Below, piece by piece: positions 10,719-22,144 of a stretch of 64,000 nt of DNA. The DNA comes from Ionaspis alba (Eukaryota): positions 1 to 64,000 of the forward strand of contig CAXUUL010000007.1 in NCBI GenBank assembly GCA_964255285.1, in the 5' to 3' direction. The position numbers and the translations under genes were made by a program. Each line of letters opens with the position of its first letter. The stretch's first letter is position 1. The notes below the pieces were generated by a model that was given only the letters and a program-made list of their open reading frames with translations, made no database searches and had not been told where the DNA came from.

Positions 10719-12155
10719 ATGTCCGGCTACGACGACGATAACACCGTAAGCTTTCCCATGTTTGTGACTTGCTTCCAAGACATCACTGACAGCCTCGTTG
10801 CAGCGCTCTGGCGGCTACGGAGACAGTAACACCCGTTCAAGGATGGGAGGAGATGATTCCTACGGAGTATGTGACAAGTCCTTGTCTTCCTGCCCACTGA
10901 TGCTGATATACACAGTCTGGCAACACTCGTAGTGGAATGGGGGGAGATGATAGCTATGGAGTGTGTCTTCATTCCTATCATCCTATGAAGTAATCCCAGC
11001 TCACGTCTTGAAGTCTAGCAACACCCGAAGCGGCATGGGAGGCACCGACGACTACAGCGTACGCCAATTGATATGTGAGCTTTTGTCTTAGTTTACATTG
11101 CTGACTTTTCGAAGTCGGGAAATACCCGCAGCGGTATGGGTGGCTCTGACGAGTACAGCGTGAGTCAATCGATTTAAACTATACGCCCATATGCTGACCA
11201 CTGATCCAGTCTGGCAACACTCGCAGTGGCCTGGGCGGCTCCGACGAGTACAGCGTACGTCAACGACACCTCAACCCACTTCGACGAGTCTTAGGCTAAT
11301 GCTAAGTCAGTCTGGTAACACCCGCAGTGGTTTGGGTGGAGATGATTCTTATGGCGTAAGCCAATAGTGTCACCACAGCAGGGACACAGAGGCTGATCTG
11401 GCCAGTCTGGCAACACCCGCAGCGGTCTTGGAGGGGACGACGATTCTTACGGGGTAGCTCGCCAGCACCAAGCTTGTCGAACTTTCTGATACTGACTATA
11501 TGCAGTCCAGCAACAAACGCAGTGGACTAGGTGACAGCAGCGATACCTATGGCGTATGTCTTCTTGACAGGATGTCTTATAGATCACAACGCTGACCCTA
11601 GCAGTCTAGCAATACTCGCACTGGCATGGGCGGAGATGATAGCTACGGAGTATGTTCTTCATGTGAAAATTGTGACGTGACAATGTGGAAGCTGAATACG
11701 CAGCAGTCTAGCAATACTCGCACTGGCATGGGCGGAGATGATAGCTACGGAGTTAGTGGCAAGCCCAACATCCACACTCACTCAACTAACATTCGGGGCA
11801 GTCCGGAAACACCAGTAGTGGTGTCGGCCGCAGTGGCGATCCATACTCCGGCAGTACCGAATACGGTTCCGGAACCACTGGAGGTGCTGGCTATGGCAAC
11901 AAGAGCTCCAAAGACAGCTCGTCAAAAGAAGGTCAGTTACCAGAGAGGCTAGCTTTTATACTCACATCCTAACATTGTTCAGACTCTACTGCTGGAAAGC
12001 TAATGGAGAAAGTCGGCGGCATGTTCAAGAGCGACAAAATGGAGCAGAAGGGTGCCGAGAAGCGTGCCCAAGCTGGTGCTGGATCGGGAGACTATGATGA
12101 GAGCACCTCTGCTGAGGGCTATGGCAGCCGCCGCAACGACGACGGCAACTACTAG
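10719..12155 (+). CDS. Gly/Ser/Asp/Tyr-rich tandem-repeat hydrophilin-like protein (about 267 aa), 13 exons, CsbD-like C-terminal segment
   Basis: Exons 10719-10745, 10804-10866, 10916-10960, 11014-11058, 11115-11159, 11210-11254, 11311-11355, 11406-11453, 11506-11553, 11605-11649, 11707-11751, 11802-11931, 11983-12155; all separated by 49-58 nt GT..AG introns with branch-point-like CTRAY motifs; the spliced frame is open from ATG to TAG; tail DSTAGKLMEKVGGMFKSDKMEQKGAEKR. Confidence 0.88.
10804..11751 (+). repeat. Array of 10 exon-plus-intron units (about 100 bp period), exon consensus TCT GGC AAC ACY CGC AGY GGN MTG GGN GGN GAY GAY TCN/AGC TAY GGN
   Basis: 45-48 nt semi-conserved units (first one 63 nt) separated by unique 49-57 nt spacers; units 11605-11649 and 11707-11751 are identical. 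Confidence 0.9.
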
Positions 12156-12595
12156 GAATGTTGCCTGGTGTTTGCATGTGATCGCATGACCGTTGAATGT
12201 GGATCAGTCGACGAGATGTTTAAGATACCTACCCATTGCCTGCCAAAGAGCAGTGCTACTTTCACTATAGCTATTCGATGAAAACCTTATTGGCCCGAAG
12301 TCACAAACTTGTAGAACTTCGAGCGTGATTTATTTGATTGATTGTAGGGGTCTACTTGTTGCTTTGCTACGGAAGATACCGAGCTTCACAGAACCTGTTG
12401 CTCCTCCCGTACTTTGCCGGTCAAGCACTCCAAGAGACGGGCGGGGTTCCGTTCCGCCCCGCGATAACCCTTCTTCCGTCTAGATAGTACCCCGCCATTT
12501 TTCATGTAAACACCGCAATCTTCATGTTTCTTTCCAGGCACATTCGCGTATCCTATAAAAACATCGTATCATCAGCAAGAAGCAATTCCTCCACC

Positions 12596-13475
12596 ATGAC
12601 GAAAGAACGAGGCAGACTAAGTACACAATCTTATACAAGCCCTCTCCCATCTCAATGCTGACCTTCGACATCCATAGCCAACCCGGCCCTCTTGTCCGTT
12701 TCCTCCTAAGCCTCATCCATTGTCCCGATCGCAAAGCTAATCAACTCTACACAGCATCTGCGACATCCAAGAAAAATTCCGGCCTGCAATATGGGAATAC
12801 CCAAAAGTGTATGTGGGCCCCTCCGCCACTCCATCCACACCCACCAAAGCAACCACCAATCAACTGACTAACCACATCTCCTGCATTCTAGCATCGCAAC
12901 AGCGCAAAAGATGATCAAAGCCAGTGCGTCCGTCCCTGTCCTATACACCAACCATTTCACCTCTCCTCTCCAGCTGACTCGATCACTCCTGCTCCTCCAC
13001 TACAGGCTCGCTCCTTTCAATCCCCATCCACGCTACTACACAAAAAGCCTCCGCCCTCGGCCCACTCTGCGCCGAACTTTCCCTGCCAAACGCCCAAACC
13101 CAAGGCCCAATCCATGACAAAACGCTCTTCAGCATGTACCTTCCCGCCATCGCCTCCGCCCTTCCCCCATCCAGCTCGGTAATAATAGTTGGCATCGAAG
13201 CGCACATTTGCGTATTACAAACAGCCCTGGATCTACTGGCAGCGGGACATAGGGCATATGTGCTTGCGGACGGGGTGAGTAGTTGCAACAAGGAGGAGGT
13301 GCCGGTTGCGCTGAGGAGGGTGGTGGCGGAAGGGGGCATTGTGAGCACGAGTGAGAGTGTGCTATACGAGATTATGCGGGATGCGGGGAGTGAAGGGTTT
13401 AAAGGGGTGGTGGGGTTGGTGAAAGAGAGTAAGGAGAGTACGAGGGAGGGGTTGCAGACTTTGTGTAAGATATAA
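12596..13475 (+). CDS. Isochorismatase-family hydrolase (ISOC1/2-like), 5 exons
   Basis: Spliced MTKERGRLTNPALFICDIQEKFRPAIWEYPKV..HDKTLFSM..IVGIEAHICVLQTALDLL..YVLADGVSSCN..STSESVLYE. Confidence 0.88.
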
Positions 13476-13726
13476 CTATAGAAAGCCGATGGGAGGTGTG
13501 GGAATGGCAGTAATGATGTATGTATTTGTATCACTTGATGTATGGTCATTGAAGTTTTACCCGAAGGTATATTGTTTGGTATGCGAGGGCACGCGAGATT
13601 CTTTAGTGTACAAAGATAATATGGTGTCTTGAATGCGGCGAAACCGGCGCTTGGAGAAATCCCCGTTTCTAAACGCCACACTCGAGATTGAAGGAGGCCG
13701 CAGTGTCAACCGCCTGTGAAGTCTCC

Positions 13727-15608
13727 TCACTCGGTTGTCGCAGAAGGCTGCTTCTGCTGCGACGAGTTTAGCCACCCAAATGCCGAAGCGCCTCCAACGG
13801 GATTGCTCGATCTGGTCTTGTTAGTCAAAGGCTGAAGAGGAGACCTCGAATCGCTCGAGAAGGAGCTTCTGGCGATTGCTGACTGCTGATCAATATGATC
13901 GTTGCCGGCAGACGGAGCTGGGTTTCGATTGCCGTTTTCCGCAAAGCGAGAAGGTGCTGGATCCAGGCCGGTAGGGGTTTGTGCTGCTGATAAAGAACGG
14001 GATGGACCGCCTGATCTCGAAGGTTTGAGGACTTTCATGCCTCTTCCGCGCCCGGCTCTTTGATAGCCGGAGCTGGAAGCAACGCTAGAAAATGACGAAT
14101 CGGGGCGGGAGTTTTGTGTCGAGTCTCGTCGCCACGGTCCCCACATCCCACTCGATTCTCCTTTCGTTGGAGTGTCAGGCGTGGTGCCGTTGACGGAGCT
14201 GTCGGAGTCCTTGGTATTGCCTTCCAGTTGCGCGACGAGACCGGCTTCACCATTCTCGTGGTTCCCTGAAACTAGTCGCCCTTCTCCAATCACTGACGGT
14301 TGCTTCGCAGAGGTTGCAACGGGCGAATAAATGCTGTTTGACGGATCGTGGTGTTTCGGATCGGCTTGCAAATTATGAGGCTGTTTGTGTGTTGCTGGGT
14401 GGTCACTGTGGTTCATTTGCAACTCTGTCGATGAATCCCTGGTGTCCAGATTCTTTGCATCGCTATCCGTATCATTTGCAACCCTTAAGCCGTTAGTGGT
14501 AATCAAGCCTTGGAAAACCGCAGCATTTTCGGGGCGAACCAGAGGTATCGCTAATTTGTTGCGGTCGTCGTCGTATATCGTCAAAAGAGCTTGAGAGAAC
14601 AAGATATCAGCATTTTTGGCACGAAGGACATCACTTCCAAGGATGATCTGGATGGACTCGTCCTGCTCAGGCATGTCCTGCACCCAAAAATCTACAGCCA
14701 AGGTCGGTAGATGAGGTGCTGGACTTCCCGATCGTGAAGAAGATTGCTGGATCGTTGCTTCCGGAAGATATACCTGAATTCTGAGGGTGCGTTTTTCATT
14801 TAGATCGGCAATCTGATCCGTCAAGCCGAGGCGTTGGACCAGACTATTTCCAATGAGTGATCGACAAGATCCTGTGCAGATGGCAGCATAGAGCAGCGTC
14901 TCATTGGAGAAGTTGGTGTCGAGCCAGCACCGAATGATGGAAGGCAATGGACCAAGAATGAACAGACCTGGCGGAGGACCTAAAGGTGTCGTAGCACTGG
15001 GGAGTACGGGTTGACGTGCTTCAATACCGAGACTATTTAGCCTAGTGGAGTGCGCAGACTGACCAGTAGAGCTTTGTCTTCCTTCTGATTTGTGCGACGA
15101 CGACCGCTCAGTCATCGGATGACTACCAAGTCCACTGCCTGTACGCAGAGGGAAGAAGTCACTGGAAGAGCGCGAACCATGGGCGAAGTGACCGTGCAAG
15201 GCACTCTCGTCGAAGCGAACGCTGTTGGCTCTGGACGCTCCTCGTCGGGGCTCGTCCTCCGTGTCCAGATGTAGGCTCCCCAGAAGATTACCACTCTGGT
15301 CTTGGTCGAAGTTTTTGAAGGCTTCAGCGGCAGGGTTGTATCCTGGTTCTGTAACAACATCAGTATCTGCAGCATGCGTGATCGAAGCAAACATGGGACG
15401 GATTACCTTGCTGTGGGGTCCCACTAAGAATGCTTGGGAATGGAGACGTATTGCCCCAGACGGATTTCATGCGTATATCATCATCTTGTCTCCGTTCGAG
15501 GCGTGCTAAACGATCCGAATGCTCAGCTTGTGTAGCATAGACTGCCTTCATATCGTTTTGTACACGCCAGAGGTCGTCTCTAGAAGCATAGACCGACTGA
15601 GAATCCAT
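13727..15608 (-). CDS. Conserved fungal protein with N-terminal coiled coil, central retropepsin-like (Ddi1/RVP-type) domain and Ser-rich disordered tail; intron about 15406-15349
   Basis: Long ORF 13727-15424 joined to exon 15608-15407 by a GTAATC..CTGAT..CAG intron; LYAAICTGSCRSLI and IILGSDVLRAKNADILF resemble retropepsin motifs. Confidence 0.7.
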
Positions 15609-16686
15609 TCCACTCCCACGCTTGTCTAGCGGATGGAGAGTCCCTAGCAGGATCGAACCACGAGATAGCTGTCATCTAGACAAAGCTAGTCTCGAAGACC
15701 ATAGAGCCGTAGACCTGATGGCCGCCAAGTAGATGTGTTTCTTATGGTTTCCTTGGACGACTAGGACGATCAATCTTGTCAAGTCCCGGAACCTGTGCCC
15801 CCACCGTGTCTCGCACTCGCGGCTTCAACAGCCCAGCAGGTCTGTGAAACTAACCCCACTGTATCAAGATAGCCAGTGTGAGCTCGATTTACTTTTTTTC
15901 CACGTTTCGTGAGATCGGGTATTCCTTGTTTCGTAGGATCGAAAACCTCGTGTCTTGTGCGGGCGTTCTGATCTCACGGGAGGGCAAATATATGGAGTAT
16001 CGATTTAAAACTAGCTGAGGTGCGTGCGAAGTTGGAAGAGTAAGGATTTCGTGGACTATTTGTTGGGGGGTTTGAAGATATGCTCTCTCCTCAATTTGTT
16101 TTCTCTTTTGGTGCGACTTCGCGATTGGTTCTCTGAGCACGACAGCCTCGAGGCTTCAGCACTGATGAGCAACAAGTACGAAGGTAGGCAACAAATAAGC
16201 AAGAGGATCAAAGAAAGTGTCTGTCAGGGGATCTGGGATGCGTTTTGTTCGTTCTTGTAAGCTTGATAATATTCCGTTGCGGACCTGAGATTACTCAATA
16301 ATGGGACAATGTCTGGAACAAAATCCAAGACGCTAACAATCCCCGACCAAACCCCGAAGACTAATTCTTTGACCAAATGTGTAAATGTAGAGCTTAGAAA
16401 TTATATCTCAAGTTGTACTGAATATCTTGATTTGTTATTGATAGGCACGATGTTCTCTAAGGTCTATGTACTTTTAAAGAGTCTATGGAGCGCAAAAAGC
16501 AACCAAGAGCGCTCCTCAAAACTCTCTGTCTTGCCTCGAAGTCTGCCAGCGTCAGAGCAAATCAGGGCGATATACCCACGAGCAAGTCACAAGAAATCTT
16601 TCGCAACTGTACAGACAACTCCATGGCATACCAACCTAAATAGCAATATCCTCCAGCGCCATCGCGTGACATGCAAAGCGTGGCGA

Positions 16687-18050
16687 CTAATCGAGATCTT
16701 CAACCGGAAGGCTATCAACGGCAAGCAGGTTTCGTTTGAGTATCATCATCTCCAGAATGATCCCGGGGCCAAATGCGCAAGCAACGACATCCTCTCTACC
16801 ACCTTCCGAACGCCGTAATCGATCCAGAACACTCATAATCGTGGCGCTTGAACTATTTCCGTATTGCATGTAGACTTCGTAGCTGGCACGTAAATGTTCC
16901 GAAGTCAAATTCATGGCTTGCTCCACGCCGGTAATGATGGTCGATCCGCCAGGGTGTAGTGCCCAGTCGAAGTCCGTGGCCGTCGAGGGAACGGGGCGCT
17001 TATGGTACCGGGGCATAGAACTGATCAGATCTTTGAAAGCCGGTGAGACACTGGCAGCTGCCAGAGAGGGCACTCGTGGTGTCAATATGACTTTCCAGCC
17101 TACAGGTTGGTCAGCTTGCTGCTGATGAAGAAAGTCTGAACCGATGGAGATATTCACCTAGTGGATCCACGTCAAATCCGAGATCATTTTCTGTGTTGTC
17201 CAGGACCTCATGTTTCCAGCCGAGGAGCTCGTAAACGGGACCAGAGGAAGGATCTTCACCAACTCCATTGCTCAGAATGCACGAGGAAGCACAATCACCA
17301 AACAGGCAAACTCCAATCCGAGTCTTTTGCGTCTCGTGGATCGAGTCCAGCTCCGATCTCACCAGGACACTCGACAACTCGCACGCCAACACTAGTATCC
17401 TTGCTGGTTTGTTTCGATACGACGAGCCGAGTGCTAGGTTAGCGGCTGTGCGAATGGCTGCCATTCCTCCCGAGCAACCAATGCCGTGAAGCAACACCTT
17501 CTCGACATTACTTTTCATGCCCAGCTCTTTCGTTACAAAATGGTCGAAGCCAGGATTGGCTGAATTGGTGCACGTGGTCGAGACGACATGAGTGATCTCA
17601 TCGATATTGCCTCCCCATTCTTGGATTGCTTTCCTACAAGCAGCGACGGAAAGCCTGACTCCCTCCTTTTGAAAGAACGTGTTCAACTCTGTAATGCTCG
17701 GAGGTGTGGATTGATTAATGAGGGGATGGTCCGCGTCACCGACGGTAGCTCGGGTCTCAATGCCAGTATAACGATTGATAGACAGGACTTTTTGCAAGCT
17801 ATCGATCACTGGTCAGTAAAGAAGGGCCAAAAACAAACGCAGGCTCTCTGCGCGTTGCGTGGAGCAAAGAACCATGGATGATGGGTGCTCACGCTGGTGA
17901 ATCTGGATAGTGGCGCTTGGCCAAGATCTCCAATGCCTCGGGCCCGACTCTGTTCGGAGGGTACTCGACGCCAAGACCGACAATGGAGAGATTCAAGTCA
18001 TCTTTGAAGTGGTCGCTGGCGGTACTATGGCGCACCGCTGATGGGGACAT
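16687..18050 (-). CDS. Type III polyketide synthase (chalcone synthase superfamily), 3 exons (18050-17893, 17798-17158, 17099-16687)
   Basis: Cys-His-Asn triad: HGIGCSGG, DWALHPGG, YGNSSSAT; also STTCTNSANPGFD, LFGDCAS and AFGPGIILE. Confidence 0.95.
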
Positions 18051-18720
18051 CGAAGGAGACGGCACAAGATCAGATGGAGGAGTGGGTAGTATGGAACGAA
18101 TATTATGGGCGTATACGGAGGAGAAGCTGTTGGGAGAATTAAACATCACTAGAAACGTAGGCCACGAAATGGAAGAAATGTTATCCTAGTAGTATGGACC
18201 AGGATAACGTTAAGCATATCGTCACCCATCCGTGCCATCTTTGGCTCTTTCTCTCCTTCTTCAGGGCAGGTAACGTCACTTGCTCGGGCCTGCATGAGCA
18301 TCTGGCCTAGCGGGCGTGTTCGGTGGAGCATTGCCGGGGGACAAGGGGGGCACGGCGAAGGAATAGGGAGGTACTTTAGGGGGCGACAATTGCAGCAAGG
18401 CATCAACGCAGTGGCGGGACTGGAGAGCCTGCGCTGTGTCGAATCGGATTTCGGGATCCGCAACAAGATCAGTGGGCTGATATTATTATTATTCTTCTTG
18501 TTTTGGTTCGGAGTTTTGTAGTTGGGAAATGGGGCACGCCAGATCCGGGTAGCCAACGAGCTTCCTTGGATTGCTAACCACCCGTCGCCGATGACGTTGC
18601 GTGTGCCGGTGTGTCTGGCCTGTTATGTAGCCATATATTTTCCCCATGAGTCGATTCTGCATATTCGAGATGGCGGATAGTGAATGACATGTTGACAAGT
18701 CCATTGATCTGAGAGCAATC

Positions 18721-20534
18721 ATGCTAGGAGTGGCAATTCTGATCCTGCTTCTGGTGGCCTTGTGGTTTCTTCAAGGTCAACGGTCGCAGATTCGACGGGA
18801 CGGGAAAAGATTATTGTGAGGTCCGCCCCAATCTTTGTGGCTGTGTTCAACGACTCGATGGGCTGACGGTAGGAATAATGAAATCTTCAGACGGCCTCCA
18901 GGAACATTGCCACTCGCGGGGAATGGCATCTGGTTCCTTCAACCACGGCACAAGCTGTTGGACTGGTTTGCCCAGGTCCAGCCGGAAGCTGGCTTCGATA
19001 CGTACGAGATCGTAGTGCCATCTTTGCCTCCTGCCATCTGGATCAACGACCCTAAAAATGTCGAGCATGTGTTGAAGAATAATGAGCTCTTCATCAAAGG
19101 CGACTTTTTCAGAACCAGGTCATGGGATTTATTTGGTAGGTAGCACGTGATGCATTTCTCAGGTAGGGTTCGCCTGATTAGAATTTGCGCAAGACAGTGG
19201 TTAGGCAGTCAGTAATTCCGAATCACAGGTAATGGTATCATCAACGCCGATGGAGAACTCTGGAAGGTGCAGCGTAAAGCTGGTTTGAGATTCTTCAGCA
19301 ATGCCAACCTCAAAACCTTCATCGACGAAGTGTTGCCGCCCATCTTGGCAGATACCACCGAGGTTCTCGACGAAGCCTCCAGAGCAGAGTCGATAGTTGA
19401 CCTACAATATGTCTTGTTGGAGCTCACGACGCGGTTGATGGGCAAGATGGCCTACGAGGTGAGTCCAGCTTGCTATACTCGTCCAAGGCACCTCGCTTGA
19501 CTACCAAACAGATGGACATGCATGGCTCCCTGCCATTCTCTAGAGCTTTCGACTTTGCATCTGGAGCAACTGGCAATCGGTTTACCAATCCCTTCTGGAA
19601 GGTCAAAGAAGTCTTCTTTGGCCGTCGACTACGCAAAGCAGTCAAAGAAGTCAAAGATTTCGGCCGCAAGGTCGTATTCGAAGCTGTAGTACGGAGGGAC
19701 AGGACGAATATTGCAGAAGAAGTCCTGTCACCAACCAAATCAAGTCACTTGCAAGAGAATCTGATCAATTCTCTTCTTTCCCATATCTCGGATCACCAAG
19801 TCGTGGCCGATTCCGCCATGAACTTCTTGTCTGCAGGCCGCGACACAACCGCCCAATCTCTCACCTGGACTTTCTACCAGCTGATGCGACATCCAGACCA
19901 CGTCACGCAGATACGACGTGAGGTCGAGGGGCTACTCCCAAAAATTGCATCTGCCGAGCATCCACAGTCAGAAGCTCGTTCCAACAATATCCCGCTCTCC
20001 TTCTCATTAATCAATTCAAATTCCCTTTCTTACACTCACGCTGTCTTCTCTGAAACCCTCCGACTGTGCCCGCCGGTTCCACTCGAGATCAAAGAATCCA
20101 CTGCCCCAACCACTTTCCCCGACGGGACTTATCTCCCAAACTCATGCGTTGTCCTTTGGGTCCCCTGGGCAATGGGCCGATCTCCTCTGATCTGGGGCTC
20201 CGATGTCTCGGACTTCCGACCTACACGCTGGCTCGACCAGAGCGAAGATGGCAAGTCTGCAAGAGACAAGACAGCATATGAGAATCCAGTCTTTAATGCT
20301 GGACCGAGAGCGTGTCTAGGAAAGAGAATGGCGGAGCTGCTAGCTATTCACGTCATTGCGAGTTTGTGTTGGAGATACGACTTTAAGGAGGTGCTGGATA
20401 AGGAGTTGGGAGGATGTGGGATCGGGAACGAGAGGACTAGTCAGAACAGTTTGACGTTGCCCATGGAAGGTGGATTGCCTGTGAAGGTGCACCAGAAAGC
20501 TGTGCAAATGCACCATGGGACAGAAGTTAAATAA
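18721..20534 (+). CDS. Cytochrome P450, fatty-acid/alkane hydroxylase-like (CYP52/CYP86/CYP704-like), 4 exons (18721-18815, 18891-19135, 19229-19458, 19512-20534)
   Basis: N-terminal anchor MLGVAILILLLVALWFL; NDPKNVEHVLK, DLFGNGIINADGELWKVQRK, I-helix AGRDTTA, ETLR (ExxR), FRPTRW, heme motif FNAGPRACLG. Confidence 0.93.
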
Positions 20535-22144
20535 ATTATCACGTTTGATTTGACGTTGACCAAAAGTATCTCTCATACAGATGGAGTTGAGCACCCATAA
20601 CGACAACGTGGAAGATCATTTGCAAATACTAAGCAAGTGCCGTCTCAATGGAAGTTGGCTGACTGTCACTTGTGTATCGTAGCCCCAGAACCCCAACCTT
20701 CCAGACGACTCCGGCCAATAGCGCTATAATCCCATTCACGCAACCATCTGGCATTGACATCGACTTCCACACCTTTCCACTGTAACATCCCACTTCGCCA
20801 CCCAAGCAGCCAAGCCACAGACCGCATTCACCTGTTCCCCAGCTCGCTTCTGCTAGAGACGATCAGGGCTGTATTCTATTTCCGGCTGGCGCAAAATGTG
20901 CCCAGGATCAGACTGCTCTTGAAAGGGTGGGGGGGCACATATGCCGAAAGAGTCACGGAGGAATCTACGCTGTTATTCGTACCCGAGAGGAATTGTCTCA
21001 GGATCGGCTTTCATGTGCGAGAGTGGTCAAATGATGGATGGTGTGGTGCGGGCTGCACGCTGCGGGAGATGGGCGTAGTCGTAGCAAAGTTCGTTTTGGA
21101 AGTGACGGGCAAGGTAATGGTCTTTGGTCGAGGGAAGTGGTAAGGTAGGGGAGATAGGAAGTGGAAAGGGTCGACGAATGCTCAAAAGCTCGTCAATGAC
21201 ACTTCGCAGTTGCAGACAGCCTCAGCCTGCGACCAACGGCTGAGGCTCGACGACTTGGGCGGCAAGCACAGAGGCCGCCAGCCAGTTAGTGGTAAACGGA
21301 TATTTGTGAGTAATGATAGTGGGAGCACGTTCGCACAGCGTGGACCGAGCAGAGCGCAGACATTAACACAACAAGACCAATAACTAAAACTCTCATCATG
21401 GAAACATGTCCTGCGCTTTATTTACCGTGGTGAAAGAGTAGCGGTGTCCTCGGGACATTGCTAACGCTCCCAGTAAATTCAAAACCCTGGTGTGCAAGCC
21501 AGTGCGATCTGGCAATCATGAGTTTGGTAGCCTTAGTGCAGTCAGAGATCGACGGCGATCCGATGTGTCGGCTGCATTGCACAAGTTGGAGTCGGAGATG
21601 GGATGGGAAGCAGAGGATCACATAGACTTGCAGCGACGATTCAGTGAACGTTGGGAAGGCAGCCACGGATTCATAGCTTGCAGATAATACGTTTTGAAGG
21701 GGACAAAAATTTCCTCCTCGTTCAGCTACCACCAGACTGCGCGGGGTCTGCTTCGATTGCCTGCCTTCTTCGCCACGGAAAGATGTCCGAGGACTTCCCG
21801 CGGCATCGTAGCCCACGAAAAAAATGTCAGTTGTCAATGATGCAAATTTGACTAGCCGGCACTACATCGAAGAGATTGGAAGCCTGGTATCTGATCCTAG
21901 ACGCGCAGTTACGCGCATGCAACTCAACATCGTGACCCCTGACGAATGCCCGAATCGACAGCGTGAAGTTCGAGTCATAACCTGTGGGTAATCCACTTCG
22001 CAGGCTTCTACCAATATGTTGCTTGAGTTTTTGTATGAAGCTTCTAGGATAAGCTTCTTCCCATCCGTTTGTCTGCGCTGATGTTAGGCTAGGAATCTCA
22101 ACACCGCCGGCTGCGTTGGGACCTCCTATTCTAAGTCTCAGCGA

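Noticed and set aside
10804..11751. CRISPR-like array (about 45-nt repeats with about 50-nt unique spacers)
   Set aside because: Every spacer begins GT, ends AG and has a branch-point motif; repeats vary mainly at third codon positions; eukaryotic context and no cas genes
14590..14950. LTR retrotransposon suggested by the aspartic-protease-like motif
   Set aside because: No gag, RT, RNase H, integrase or LTRs nearby; the domain sits in an intact spliced gene
19136..19228. Internal CAG|GTAGGG in P450 intron 2 as a recursive or twin intron
   Set aside because: The first segment would be only 27 nt with no convincing branch point
20600..22100. ORFs downstream of the P450 as additional cluster genes
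   Set aside because: Short, stop-interrupted, no domain signature; a decayed gene cannot be excluded
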